Below, piece by piece: positions 13,101 through 26,125 of a stretch of DNA of 64,000 bases. The position numbers were made by a program, and so were the translations under genes. Under the pieces are notes generated by a model, which saw only the letters and a list, made by a program, of their open reading frames with translations, ran no database searches and was not told the DNA's origin. Location of the stretch: positions 3,472,001 through 3,536,000 of the forward strand of contig NW_026889805.1 in NCBI RefSeq assembly GCF_033153115.1, in the 5' to 3' direction. This stretch comes from Saccostrea echinata. Lineage: Eukaryota. Position 1 is the stretch's first letter; each line of letters opens with the position of its first letter.

Positions 13101-16100
13101 AAGAAAATCTACATGTATGTGACTATATTTGTATACTGTATGTATGATTTGCGCCACATGTGGTTTTGTCTATAAATAAAATTAAAATTAATTAAATAAA
13201 TTGAAATCGACAGTATATTATTCTACCGGGTATTTGTTATTAATTCAAGCATTTTTAGCGTTTTATTAGACCAAAACTTTATTTGCATATGTTTTATCCC
13301 TTAAACAACAGTTGCGGATTTAAGGGTAGGGGCGCCCCCGGCGCGCACCTCCCTAAAACTGTCAAAGTTAACGTAAACCGCAGTTTCTTCGAGAAAATGT
13401 AAAAATGTCTACTCGGTAGACCTCATTTTTAACCCACAAAATCTCTAGAATCCAGGAGCTTCCGGGAGCTTCGCCCTGGACCCACTGGGGGCCTCAAGGC
13501 GGCCCCCAGACCCCCTGCCTACTTTTTGCGCCCCCCCCCCCCAAACTTCAATTCCTGGATCCGCGCATGAATTAGCAAGCAACAAATGAATGCTTTCTAT
13601 TCATCAGTACTGAGTTTTCTTTGAATATTTTTCCTGAGGTTAAATGGCAGGTTCCCTATGTTGAAATAGGTACATCTGATATATGATTAAATTTTCTCAA
13701 TGTCCAAAAACGTTTTTCATTAGTGTGTTGACTGTCCTTGAGCCACAACATGTGTATCTTTGAACTTTTCGGCAACAATTTTAACCTTTACATTGTTTCG
13801 AAGTAATTCTAATCTTAACATTGTCAGCTTTAATACATTATTTTGGATTAATTTTATAACCTTTACAATGTTTCGCAGTAATTCTAACCTTTATAAATAA
13901 ATTGTTTCAGAGTTATTGTTTAGCAGCAATTCCAACCTTTAAATTGAGTTTTAAGTAATTCTAACATTTACAATGTTTTGGAGTTATTCTAACGTTTACG
14001 TAACCTTTATGTAATTTGGTAGAAGATCTACCCTTTGAACCGTTGTGCGGTATTTTCAACCTTTGAAATATTTCATAATGCCTCTAACCTTTGAAGTGGC
14101 CATACTTCTACCTTCGTATTATTTGTTGTCTAACCTTGGGGGCTTTTGCCGATAATTCTTTTTGGTGGTACTTCTAACCTGTATACTTTTCGGTGGTAAT
14201 TCTAATATTTGTACTTTTCGGTGGTAATTTTAACCCTTGTACTTTTTGGTAGTAATTCTTACATGTGTACTTTTCGGTGGCTATTCTAACCTCATTACTT
14301 TTTGGTGATAAATTCTAACGTTTGTACTCTCAGGTGTTAATTCTAATTTTTTTTTATTTTTTGGTGGTCATTCTAACCTTTGTACTTTTTGGTGGTCATT
14401 CTAACCTTTGTACTTTTTGGTGGTAATTCTAACCTTTGTACTTTTTTGTGGTTATTCTAACCATTTTGGTGATTATTCTAACCTTTGTACTTTTTGGTGG
14501 TAATTCTAACCTTTGTACTTTTTGGTGGTATTTCTAACCTTTGTACTTTTTGGTGGTAATTCTAACCTTTGTACTTTTTTGTGGTTATTCTAACCATTTT
14601 GGTGATAATTCTAACCTTTGTACTTTTTGGTGGTAATTCTAACCTTTGTACTTTTTGGTGGTAAGTCTAACCTTTGTACTTTTTGGTGGTAATTCTAACC
14701 TTTGTACTTTTTGGTGGTAATTCTAACCTTTGTACTTTTTGGTGGTAATTCTAATCTTTGTACTTTTTGATGGTATTTCTAACCTTTTTACTTTTTGGTG
14801 GTAATTCTAATCTTTGTACTTTTTGGTGGTAATTCTAACCTTTTTGGTGGTAATTCTAACCATTTTGATGGTAATTCTAACCTTTGTACTTTTTGGTGGT
14901 TATTCTTACCTTTGTACCTTTTGGTGGTAATTCTAATCTTTGTATTTTTGGGTGGTAATTCTTACCTTTGTACTGTTCCTGTGCCCCTGGGTCTGGTTTA
15001 TCATCCTCGTCCTCTGGATGGCATTCTTCATATGTATGTTTCCTCCCTGCAACTAAAATAAATCAAATAGCATTATTTTACTTAAAGCTTAAGATGGCAT
15101 TAGTGTTTTTGTTAATAAATATTGGATCTCCCATGATTTATGTGAGTGGTTATAATTCAATGGGAATCTGTTCTCTTTAACTGTGCTTTTTGATATCAAG
15201 TGGGCCTCCTCTTTCTTTAAAATATGTGAGCATGTTGAAGGAGCCTTTGCTGGAATATTCTAAGAAATCAAAGTTCATTCGACGGCTTTTGGGCGGTAAG
15301 TACACAAGTCCATGAATTGTTTCTTCATTAGCGTGTTTATGTAATGCACGAAACTACCAAACGAGTATTTCAAAGTTCACATTTAAGTAGACGACATTTT
15401 ATTGAGCAAGTCACTTAAAGACTAAAACTTTTCTCACGACCTATACTGACGTGGCACTGTAGGCTATTGACTTTATATTGATATAAATTTGATAAATACA
15501 TCTATAGCATTCTGTGAGTAGATAAAGTACCAATTTGATAAATCTGTAACGACAGAGGCTAGGAATTTGACTAGATACATTGTATTTTATGTTAAATAAT
15601 TTCTCTGGAACAAGGAAATAACCTAGATGATAAGATTGGTATAGCTTATAATTCAAACATTTTTTTCTGATTCAATTCAATAGGAAATCGGGCAAAAAAG
15701 ATTGACATTTCCTGCTTTACCACCAAGTGTTTTAACCACATATAATGCATACTTATAGACGATCATTAAAGTAGAGTGATGAGACTGCATTGTGAAAGAG
15801 GGTCGTAGAACACAGAGGGATATCGGTACTATTCGGAATTCTAAACTTCGTCATCGAATCACGATTCGAATTTTGAGAGATGTTAGTTCAAACCGCTATT
15901 CCAACATGCTTATATAGATCATTTATGGATCATTTTTATATCACCGGTATATGTTTCTTTTGAAATAGAGAGCTACTATTCATTTGTATGGATCTTATAC
16001 TTCATTTCCTGCTTTAAAAAACACTCATTAAAATGATATTGTTTTCCGACATCATTGGATCCACATGCAGAACTTGACGATTTATTCATGTTTATAAACC

Positions 16101-18277
16101 GACTCCACTAGCATCATTAATATTACACTTATCTACCTGTTATTGTATTGGTTGTACATGTGTACCTACCTGACCACCTGGGGTCTGGTTCATCTAGAAG
16201 ACAGGTAAAAAAAAAAGCATGGTTAGATTTTGTCACATACCAGAAAATAGTAAATGTGTTTAGACAGTGCTACATTTTACCCAAGATTCACATACAGCGA
16301 TAGAAATGCAGTTTATTGTATGCGTTAAAAAGGGATAGCAAAGCAAAATTATTATTAACAGACAATATCATGGAAGAAAACAAATCAATATTCAATTCCA
16401 TTAAAAGATTTTCTTAGATGGTTTGAGTTAGCTGTGTACATACAACCAATATTTTTTTAAGAATGTGTAGAAGGTTATCGGTATTCTTTTTTAATTTTTA
16501 AGACAGAAGCGTGCATTTTTAACACAACCCCGTTTACACTTCCTTAAATATAGATTAAATTTACACAGGGAAATTAATATTGATAGTCTGGAAAACAACT
16601 AAGACAGAAGCCTTTAGACCCTTTCCCTGCTCTACTTTTTCACAAAAAAAAGCGCACTCCATGAGTTATATATATTGTATTAGTCGGAAGAAATTGTTAA
16701 AGAAAAACCCCTATACAGAGTATAATACATATATAGACGGGCAGGTGCCCGTTTGTTGCGGTAGGAGTTCCTTACCTTCCTTTCCGTTCGCAGCGTCATT
16801 GTTAGTTGTCTTTTTCTTCGATCCTGAAAGATCAAGAAAATTAGAAATTCATTACGCTCGAAATTTTATTCTGCTTTTTGCAGGAAAAGAACCCCTCGAA
16901 CTTTTAATGGTAGGGGTAACCCTATATTGACATTACCATTAGGGGACTCAAGTAAGACTTGAGAGCATTTGGGGTTCTTGAATAAAAAGATGAATTGGTA
17001 ACGGTTTTGGTTAGATGTTCGGATATTGCACGGGTTTTTTGTATAAAAAGATTTAATTGAAAACTGCACTCCTGTAAATATCTACAACCTCAGAGAGAGA
17101 GAGAGAGAGAATGAGATAGAGAGAGACTGAATACTATACGTGTGTAAAGATCTACTGAACTTTTCAAAAATATGGTCAGACGTTTGACCAACTTGGTCGA
17201 AAAGACAGTGAACGTACGGTTAATTACTAGTTAAGGACAAGTCTGATCTTACTAAAAAGATAAAATTATCAACTTGAGATACATGTCAGGGTTTTTCAAG
17301 GGTTTTCAAAGTTAAACAGACGCTTATCTATTAATATATACTGCAACTGTGAATTTTACATGTAGCGTTTGATCTGGCTGCCACTGTCTAACACTGTGTC
17401 ACTAGTTTCCGTGGTATACAAGCTGACTCATTATTGTATATATAGATGATGCCTGATATACTTTTCAAATTACATCTACAATTCAGTTAATCTTAACGAA
17501 CAAAATAGCAGTGATTTAAAACTCGATCATAAGATCAATTTAACAATAATATACACCTGTGATACATACTACATATTTCCTTATTTCGAGTACACTTGCT
17601 TCGGTTTAAACGAGCTGTTATACACTAGCTTCTAGTTANNNNNNNNNNNNNNNNNNNNNNNNNNNNNNNNNNNNNNNNNNNNNNNNNNNNNNNNNNNNNN
17701 NNNNNNNNNNNNNNNNNNNNNNNNNNNNNNNNNNNNNNNNNNNNNNNNNNNNNNNNNNNNNNNNNNACCAAATCCTACCAATGCTTTAAGTTTAGCCCAA
17801 AATGTCATTTTCTGTGCTGTAACCACACGGCTCACATGAAAACTTATCCAGAAGTTAAACAACTATCAGATTATCGAAGTGAAAACACGACAGACGAAAC
17901 AAATACATGTACAAGTCGTCACCCAAAACAGGAAGTATATCGGAGAGGCAACATAGGGGATATACTTCATATAAACACAATTACAGGGTTTATTTGACTC
18001 ATATTGTACGTACACTGTATAAGAAAAACACGGCCACTAAGTGTCATTGCTCAAAGGCACTCAGTGAAACATAAAGCCATGTCAGCAATTATAAAATGTA
18101 TACCATTGTTTATTCTGTGTACATAGGAATATTGTTAACACCTGTGCAGAGTTTATATAGATAAGTAATGATTCGTACAAGACAAGACAAACAACCTGAT
18201 AGAGACGAAGTTGTACCATCACAGCAAGGTTCATTTCACCAGGATATTACTGTACACACACACACACACAGACCCTC

Positions 18278-18314
<37 letters not shown>

Positions 18315-21300
18315 CTCCCTCACACACACACACACACACAAGAGACACTTTACCTTTCGCAGAACCTAGGCATCCTTTAAAATTAGCACAACAAAACATC
18401 GTTACCCTCCCTTCCACTAGAATTCTGTAGTTCATTTCATTTTTTGACGTTACGAAAATAAATATGTCAAAACAAGACCTCAGGTAATTGGGTCAGATGT
18501 AATTGATGACAGAACATTATTTTGCTGGCTGCTTATAACTCCTCGACTAGAAGCTATTAACGGAGAGAGAAAAGACATAAAAACTCCAAATATCATAAAA
18601 CTTGTTACATTATAAGTTTAAATAATATAGATGATTGGTTTTTATCTACCTACTTTTTAATTTGACACAAAAAGTCAAATGACTGTGTTTGACGTTATTT
18701 TTACAACTCCAAGGTAAAACTAAAAATTGCTGTAAAACCCCCAGCTCAGGTAGGTCAACTTCAGAGAGGCTTAATTTATTAATTTATCGTTCCGTTTATC
18801 TATTTCCTATTTTTTTTATTTAATTGACCAAAGTTAAACCTCAAGACTGGCATAACTATTCTTGTAGAAATCCCTAGGATTGATATCATGTTCTTGAATT
18901 TAATAGTTGGAGGTAAATGCATTTAGATGGCTCCGTTTTACAAAAATTATGTCAGAGTTATCTTTCTTAGAGCAAAGTATTCGAATATAGGTAGAGTTTG
19001 TTTCTGTTAAGAGGGCTGGGTGGTTGTGGCCATTTTCAGACTATATTGATCTCCTTTAGAAGAAGAGCTCCATATAAAGATATACAAAAATTATCAAATT
19101 TTAAAACTAAAATGTATGAAATTTTTGTTTGCCAAATGATAGTTGACAGCTTAAGATATCATATCTAAAAAATAAAGTTATATCTGATGGTTAATTTGTT
19201 GACCCCCCAGCCTCCTTAAAGAAAAATAACATTGCTTTTTTCCTTGCCTCTGCTGTATATCAACACTAATCAAACAATAATGACCACTTTTGAAATTCAT
19301 TACTAAGAAATCTCCATCGTCTTAAAATTTAGTGGAAATAACCAGAATAAAGAACTGTTCTCTTTTTCTAGTTTGTTTTTGTAATTGTATTACCTGCACT
19401 ATTTTACAGGTCCTTTTCTAAAACCTCTATACGGATATACATTGTATACGCATTTGTTAACAAAAAAATCTCTTATATTTGATTCGATGGATCATTCTGT
19501 GACACTCCTTGCAGAAACTTTCTACAGTTGGAAAAAACTGATTTAAAACACAGTTGTATGTCCATACTAAGATACTCATTTCCTTTCCAGTTAAAGTGTA
19601 GCGATTACCATCAAAATTTCACCAAAATATTTCACTTGTGGAGATACATACAAGCATAAACATTGCTACAAATTTAAGTCAGATAATGCTGTTTCTAAAA
19701 TCATCGTTGCCAATCTCAAATTCCGCCGTCGCTTGCGTGGCGCAGTGGTTAGAGCGTTTGCTCTAGAGTCGCGGAGTAAGGAACTGATCCTTATACGTCG
19801 CAGTTTCTAATCCCACTGCGGGATGTGGAGACCGCTCCTTTGGATGAGACCGTATAAACAGTGTCACAGTAGGTGCTGGCACGAAAAAGACCCTTTGAAC
19901 ACTGCTCAAAGGCCGAAAGTTCCGATACAGGTCTAAATTTGCAGCCCTTCACCAGCAAGTGGCGTCTCAATATGAGTAAAAAAATCTCGAAGGGACGTTA
20001 AACAGACAAACAAACAACAAAAAAAAATCAATTTCCACTAAAATAAAATGGCGCCGTTTCTATACTGCTTGGCCTCACATACAATTGGTTAATTGCAATA
20101 TTAAATTGTATTAAAAACTTAAACGGTGATATGAATGCAGGGATTTGCCAAGACGACAAAAGAAAAGATACTGGAAAGGCATGGTGCCCCTCTAGGGGTA
20201 TGAATGCAAATTGAGATCTAGATGAATTGTGGGCACTTGTTACAAGAGACTCCATGTTCCCACATATGAATTTATGTATCTATAAGGATATATGGGAGTC
20301 ACAAGACAGATTATGAAAAGATAGATTGATCTTATCATGATAAGGAGAGATGAAAAATCTCGGACCTCAGTTATATAAGAGTAAAACGAGGAGCATACAG
20401 TAATAAGTTCTGGGAAATTTAAAATTCGACTAGCAAAACTAAAAAAGAGGGAACAATATAGCAGTTAGTACAATTTTCAAAAACTGAAAGACTTACAAAT
20501 CCAAGAAGAATTCAAAATCTAACTAAAAAATTGAAGTGTAGACACCACAGAAGATCTTGAATGAGATATAGGCAAATATATTTTCTAAAAGACATGTGAA
20601 GAAATCCTGGGAAGAAAATTATGTCTATTGAAAGAAAAAAATGTGACAAAAAAATGGCAAAAATCTTAGAGGAAAAAGTATGTCAAGGATAAGATTAATA
20701 ATGAAAAAAAAAGATTGCAAAAGAAGTAGTTTTAAACAAAATATCATGAGTTAGACAAAGAAGTCAAACATAGCTACGAGCAAGAAGAAAAGATTATAAA
20801 AGAACTTACTCTGGAAGCTGAGCTGGAAGATCATATGGGAGACAATACTCACTGCACATATAACCTCACAAAAACTCAGAGCAAGAGAAGACCAAGTAAA
20901 ACCAAGCCGTCAAAGAAAACCAGGTCCCAACACCATAAACTGAGAATAGACTTAAGTCAAAATTTCAAATCAATATAATAAGTGATTTTGATAATGAAAC
21001 AAAATTTTCATCATTTGTTTGAACTTAAATATAATACAAACCTGCCAATTTTTATGCACATATGTTAAATAAAACTCAAGATATTCAAAATCAAAACTTT
21101 GGCTTAAGTATGTTCTCAGTTTATGGTCTTGAGGCCTGAAAGATATGTTGGTAAAGCTAGATGAATACCTTGAAGAAGGGAGGGGCACTTCAAAATGATG
21201 TACTAAATAGACCAATTGACACCAGAGAGAAAAACAGTATTCCTGAATACAAAAATAGATGTAAAGATTGACAGATGCGAAGAAGGAAGTAGAAACAGCA

Positions 21301-24300
21301 ACTGGTATTAATTCTTTTAAATATGGAAAAACAACAGGAATTGACAGAATACTACCAGAAGTATTGGGGTTATAGGACGAAACGTTGTGGAATATATGTA
21401 TAGACTGTCTTAATAAAATCGGACGAGTCCAAATGAGAGGAAGAAAGAACTGAATGTATAACTACGTGAACCAAAGAAGGGGGGTCTTAACCTGTACAGA
21501 AATTGAAGAGGCATCACATACCAATGTGTAGCAAGAAAGATTCTAAAACCTATTATTTCGAAGAAAGAGGTAAATGACAAAGTTTTGAGAGAGAGATTTA
21601 GAATGATCAGTCACTAGTCACTGCACTGACTACCTGGTAGGCATCATGGATCACTGTTACAATCGTAAACATGATCAAGATACGGCATAAAGTGAATTCC
21701 TAAAAAAAACTCTGACAGGATCATTTGCTGTACAAGGTTGAATCCTATCACTGACTATATTCCTGATAGCTGTAGGCTAGGCTACGAGACAATCCTTTAT
21801 TAAAAGCCAGTAAGGAATTCGGTGCCCCCTTCCTTAAGAGTTTAGATGACATAGACTTTGCAGAGGACCTTAGACTTAATTCTTTAGGATAAGAGAGAAG
21901 AGAAAACAGATGAAACAGGGTTAAAGATAAGGCTTAACAGGCACATAGCAACAGGTGGGGAGCTGCCTCCCTTCCACTTTTTTCCAGACTTTTTTTACTA
22001 TTTGAAATGTTAATTGAAAGGCCGGTTGGCCCACAACTTTTTGTTGTAGAATACCGGTAGTAAAATAAGGGTTTTGTCGTAGTGTATGAATAAAATTTGG
22101 TACTGAAAGAAGTTGGAACCTACCTGCCCCCCCCCCCCCGCAAAATAGGATTTTCGGACAATTTATCCCTTTTTTTTTGCTTGTCAAGTTTTTTCCAGGT
22201 AAGTTGAAATTTTTTTCTCTGGCTGCCCCCCCCCAACTTTCAGAAACGATGCTACGTCCCTGCTTAAGTTCTATACCAAGAAAATAAAGTTAATGAGAGG
22301 CATACCGAGAATGGAGTAAACTTTCAAAGACGGACATATAGAAAAGGTCAATCAATTTCCTGTTAGTATCATAAACTAATCAGAGGAACTACAGAAAGCA
22401 TTAAAACCAAAACAAGCAAAGGAAGGCAGGCTTTATCAGCCGGCATAGAAGTCAACAACTCTATCAGAGGACACCAAAATTAGATCAATTAACACCAGCG
22501 TGAAATCAATCTTTTTTATGGCCTAAAGTCCTGGAGATTACATATAAATAAAAGCCTACAATAGTAATTCCTCGTTTATCGTGAACAAGTGCCAACGATA
22601 CATATGCAGATTTGTTTGCTCACAACCATAAACAATAGGTGGCTCTGGATAGCAAAGAACCGGCAGTGAAACAGCTTAAAAGAAGAACATGGCAAGTTAC
22701 ACAAACCTGACAATGCCAACATCAAACAATCTTCAAGACGGATCAGAGAAATCGGAAAAGAAGTTGTCCATTACATAGCTGAAGGACAAGAATAACAGAA
22801 TAAGATGAGATTGGAACAAACTGGACGGAGACAAAAGAAACAGCTCAAACAGGACCAGGTGGAGGACAACTGTGACAACCTTATATTTCACAATCCCAAA
22901 CAAAAAATACTATAATAAAACTATAGTTAACTATAGTTTACTATAGTTAATCAAAGTTTCAAAGTTATCACTATAGAAAATCAAAGTTTTAACCATACTA
23001 AATCAAAGTTTTCATAGTGATCACTATAGTATTTCAAAGTTTTCATAGTTATTACTATAGTGTCATAGTGATCACCATAGTAAATCAATGTTTTCAAAGT
23101 TATCACTATAGTAAAGCAAAGTTTCAAAGTTATTACTATAGTTAACTATAGTTTTCATAGTGTCAAAGTTATCACTATAGTTAACTATAGTTTTCATAGT
23201 GTCAAAGTTATCACTATAGTTAGATATAGTTTTCATAGTGTCAAAGTTATCACTATAGTAAACTATAGTTAACTATAGTATTTTTTGTTAGGGTGTAAAA
23301 TCTGAAGATAACGAACAGTCATCAATCTCAGAAATCCAGTAAACAAAATGAATCATGCACAGGGCAAAAACACGGACCACTGGAAATACCAGTGCAGGGA
23401 TCAGGTGCCTAGGAGGAGTAAGCATCTCCTGTTGATCGGTCATATCCGCCGTGAGCCCTGTGTATTGATCAGGTATACGGAATACTCTGTAGTCTTATTT
23501 AGTATAAAAGCAATGACCTAACTTATGGTATCAAACATGTCAGACAAAATAAGACCCAACGCTAGGCTGTATTTACAAACAAGGTTATAATAACGACCGT
23601 AGAATTGGCGAAAAGCTGACTTTAAACGGGAATGTTGAAATCCTTGTAACATCAACTTATTTGTCAGTAGCTTGCCTAGGTTTAAAAATTGATCGTATTC
23701 AGAGCATGCTGTTGCTCACAAAGAACGTCAATTTAGAGGATTAAGTCATGTTCGATCGGTCCAGCAGTATCAATTAAAAATGTCCATGTCCTTACCACGT
23801 CTTTACCCCCGTAAACAGAGTCCCTTCTGTTGCATTTTTCCTCTCAAGGATTTTTCTTTTTTAGCACCTGAGCAAAACGTAAGTGGAAGCAGCCGTTTGT
23901 AAGTCGCAAGCTATACCTTCACCTTTTCACTGGGCATGTGAAAAAATGGGTCCCATATACTGAACATCTTTGGCGCTGGTCGCAGCCTTACGCCAAGAAG
24001 TACATGAATGTAAGTGTAGAATTACTTTTTGGGTAACTGCAAATGTTTCAGGCAAAATTAGCCATTTACTGCTCTTTGCAGTAACTGATTTGCAGATTCG
24101 TTCTTTTGAGTACTAAAAAACCACGACAACGTACTTAAGCACATGCTTTAATACTGCATATATACGTTAAATAACAATTTAATCATAAGCCAGACAAAAA
24201 TTTGATTTAATATCTGAAAGAATTTTAAAAACGTTGTTGCTAAAAATATTGAAAATACCATATATAGAATACGAAAAATAGCGCCGTTTTGAAAATTAGA

Positions 24301-25517
24301 TCGGCCATTTTGAATATGGCCGAAACTTGAATGGCAAACGATATTTCCTATTCAGAAACTTGCCAAGGAACCTACATACCAAATGTGTTGCTTGTCTCAT
24401 CAAGTGATTTTTTTCTTTTCCAACTATCCTCTCCAATGTTAGAAATACGGAATTTAACCAGTAGGGTCTCCATACATGTTACTGATTCTCTTTCTCGACG
24501 AACTTGAAAGGAGGGTACTCCCTCCCTAATTTGCCTTTTACAAAATATCATTGGGGGGATGTACCTTCTATGAACCGCTTTCCTTCACTTATATGACTCT
24601 TCCTGTCAACTTAAAAGAGATCTGCGTTTCCGGGGGGTGGGGGGGGGGTAAAGTCATTTTTAGTTACTTAACTATGTAAATTTAATTACTCTGAAAATTC
24701 CTGGAGGGGGGTATCGAGTCCGGACTCCCCCCCCCCCTCCATCTTTAGATCCTCGCATGCATGCAAAGGATTCTCTCTTTTAATTCATTCACAAGCATGA
24801 AGAAATGATACGTATATATAGAACTTGTTTGTAATTGTTTGCTTAAATTCTACAGTTGCTGTAGAGTAAGGCCTGATGTTTCATCATTTCAATGACTCAC
24901 CCATAATTAATTTGTAGGGGAAGTACAGATTAAGTTGTTTTGCTGTGCTTTATTTAACATATTTTATTCCTTCTTATGATAATTATATAGAGGAATACTG
25001 TCGTGCGGAAGTTTATAAAACTGAAAAAAAGTTTTCGGCATGAATATCATTATATGTTTATAGTTAAATCAAAGCTATACCTATTGATAGATGTATATGT
25101 AGATGCGTCCTATTGTAGATGGTTTTAATGGAAGAAAGCTTATGAAACAAAGTACTAGCTAAAGTAAAAACTGAAATAGAAATAATCTTTATTGGGTGAA
25201 AAACCTTTCTGTCTGCAATGATTTGATCATTAAATCGAACAATACTTTATTTTCCTTCATTCTATATAAAATAAGTGTACATATAAGGAAATTAATCAGA
25301 ATAAACACTTCGTAAACACAGGAAATGGACTGTGTTCAATGATGGTCGACATTGTAATACATAGCATAAAGACAGGCTTAGATACTGCCATTCTAACACA
25401 GGCACAGCTTAATTTTACTCATATACTCTATTCTTATTGAGAGAAAACATTTCTACATGTAAAGTTTACATTAATTAACATCCAAAAGTTTGAAAGTTAC
25501 ATACCTGTCCCACCCAT
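10142..25517 (-). CDS. Predicted lipid-anchored, disordered phosphotyrosine adaptor with tandem ITIM-like motifs (isoform A, N-myristoylated, ~142 aa)
   Basis: Manual exon chain with GT/AG sites and matching phases: 25517-25505 (MGGT, donor GTATGT), 16823-16776 (GSKKKTTNNDAANGKE), 16193-16170 (DEPDPRWS), 15052-14966 (VAGRKHTYEECHPEDEDDKPDPGAQEQYK), 11955-11858 (VTRAPRQYEDIDKDYEQQKAETKDSNNARLSQK, weak donor GTCGCT), 10300-10142 (QSGELNYVDVEFTKPQKKKKSKKDKESDSSDVPAASVEYSEVVIQNSKPTIN*). Total 429 nt and open throughout. The N-gap at 17639-17766 could hide an exon. Confidence 0.65.
12045..12491. mobile_element. Long hairpin element with GAGGCGAAGCCGA core and internal direct repeats
   Basis: Arms ~12061-12120 and ~12134-12193 around a 13-nt loop, followed by two diverged ~100-bp direct repeats (cacggggattagtccattca) bounded by ttattatacc (12202) and ggtataataa (12482). 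Confidence 0.6.
13309..13569. mobile_element. G/C-rich MITE of the GCGGAT-TIR class
   Basis: cagttgcggattt...ctggatccgcgcatg termini and an internal cttcgccctggacccac...gggggcc..ggccccc motif. Confidence 0.6.
13780..14973. repeat. 28-bp minisatellite starting at the adaptor exon 15052-14966 donor
   Basis: Unit ctaacctttgtactttttggtggtaatt (period 28, e.g. 14373 and 14401). It is well conserved at 14360-14970 and decays toward 13780. Confidence 0.9.
17639..17766. other. Assembly gap inside the adaptor gene
   Basis: Run of N. Confidence 1.
18255..18340. repeat. Interrupted (CA)n microsatellite
   Basis: CA runs separated by ccctccct spacers, immediately intron-side of the donor at 18353. Confidence 0.9.
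18354..18399 (-). CDS. Alternative first coding exon of the ITIM adaptor (isoform B, MFCCANFKGCLGSAK, Cys-rich)
   Basis: ATG at 18399, 46 nt, phase-1 donor AAAG|GTAAAG that joins in frame to exon 16823-16776. Splicing the 25505 exon onto the acceptor upstream of this exon gives an immediate stop (GAA TTC TAG), so the two behave as alternatives. Confidence 0.5.
19011..19215. mobile_element. TTAA-flanked MITE (Kolobok-like)
   Basis: ttaa|gagggctgggtggtt...gaccccccagcctcc|ttaa. Confidence 0.55.
19724..20020 (+). mobile_element. tRNA-headed SINE
   Basis: A-box GTGGCGCAGTGGTTAGAGC, degenerate B-box, central ggatgagac...tggcacg..aaagaccc segment and a 3' GGGACGTTAAAC followed by an (AAAC)n tail. 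Confidence 0.7.
20120..22880 (+). mobile_element. Degraded RTE-like non-LTR retrotransposon (APE endonuclease + RT relic)
   Basis: Frame-broken motifs in the expected order: GDMNA (~20126), FPH..IYKDIW and IDLIMI (~20255-20342), KTTGIDRILPE (~21328), PKKGGLNLYRN*RGIT (~21471), VQG*ILSLTIF (~21730), LDDIDFAEDL (~21842). A G/C-rich MITE interrupts it at ~21940-22262. Confidence 0.75.
22895..23293. mobile_element. Foldback-like element built from ACTATAGT/TCAAAGT subrepeats
   Basis: Terminal inverted repeats CCC(A/T)AACAAAAAATACTATA...ACTATAGT. The interior is modular, with ~37-bp units ttatcactatagttaactatagttttcatagtgtcaaag. Confidence 0.7.
23296..23720 (-). mobile_element. Penelope-like 3' fragment, more diverged
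   Basis: gggatcaggtgcctaggaggagtaagcatctcctgttgatcggtca is the reverse complement of the motif at ~34000-34050, followed by a relic of the same RT tail (cgtagaattggcgaaa, aacttatttgtcag). Confidence 0.55.
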
Positions 25518-25519
25518 TG

Positions 25520-25758
25520 TAATACAAACAGCTGATACTAAAAAGTTCTCTCCAATCTGCGGTTCTCTTCGTTGAAAATTTTGAACAGTTTTCAGGTGAC
25601 AAAAATCAAAGACATTAATATCATAATGTAAAGAGTTTACACATACATATAAATATTCCTTTTGGGTCAATTGTAAAACCTAGACAGTTTCTACAAGGAA
25701 ACCTCGGTATATACACTCCTAACAGAGCACATCCTTCCTCTACATAGCGTGTGTGAGT
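25520..25758. promoter_or_regulatory. Putative bidirectional promoter between the two adaptor genes
   Basis: Minus-strand ATG at 25517. A plus-strand donor GTGAGT at 25753 could pair with the acceptor at 26564 ahead of ATG 26597. TATA-like segments lie at ~25646-25655 and ~25709-25715. Confidence 0.35.
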
Positions 25759-26125
25759 AACATTGTATTACACTAATTACTCGCCATGTCACTCACGTGA
25801 TCTCTCAACAATTTGTCACAGTATCCGCCATACAAAAGACGTACACTAAAGAAAGTAAAAGAGTATATAACTCTAACAGGAAGTATCAAATCCCTGATTA
25901 AAGTTTTAACAAGACATTAAGGTGTTAGGACAAGGAGGAAGAATAATTCAAACAGTGTCACTGCGTACTGGGAACCTCGACTTCATATTATATATGACCT
26001 AAGTATGAATCAAATTACACCCGGTATTGATAATAGATATAATTGAAAGCTTTTTAAACTCCTGTAAACTCTAGACGCTCTATATTTTAACGAGGCTCCT
26101 TACTTCCTTGGGCCGTTGTTATGTA

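Noticed and set aside
14160-14970. CRISPR-like periodic array (also 43370-43650 and 57490-58265)
   Set aside because: The units are contiguous with no unique spacers, there are no cas genes and the context is eukaryotic; these are minisatellites.
16580-16930. 116-aa + strand ORF
   Set aside because: TTG start, intron-like composition, and antisense to the better-supported - strand exon 16823-16776.
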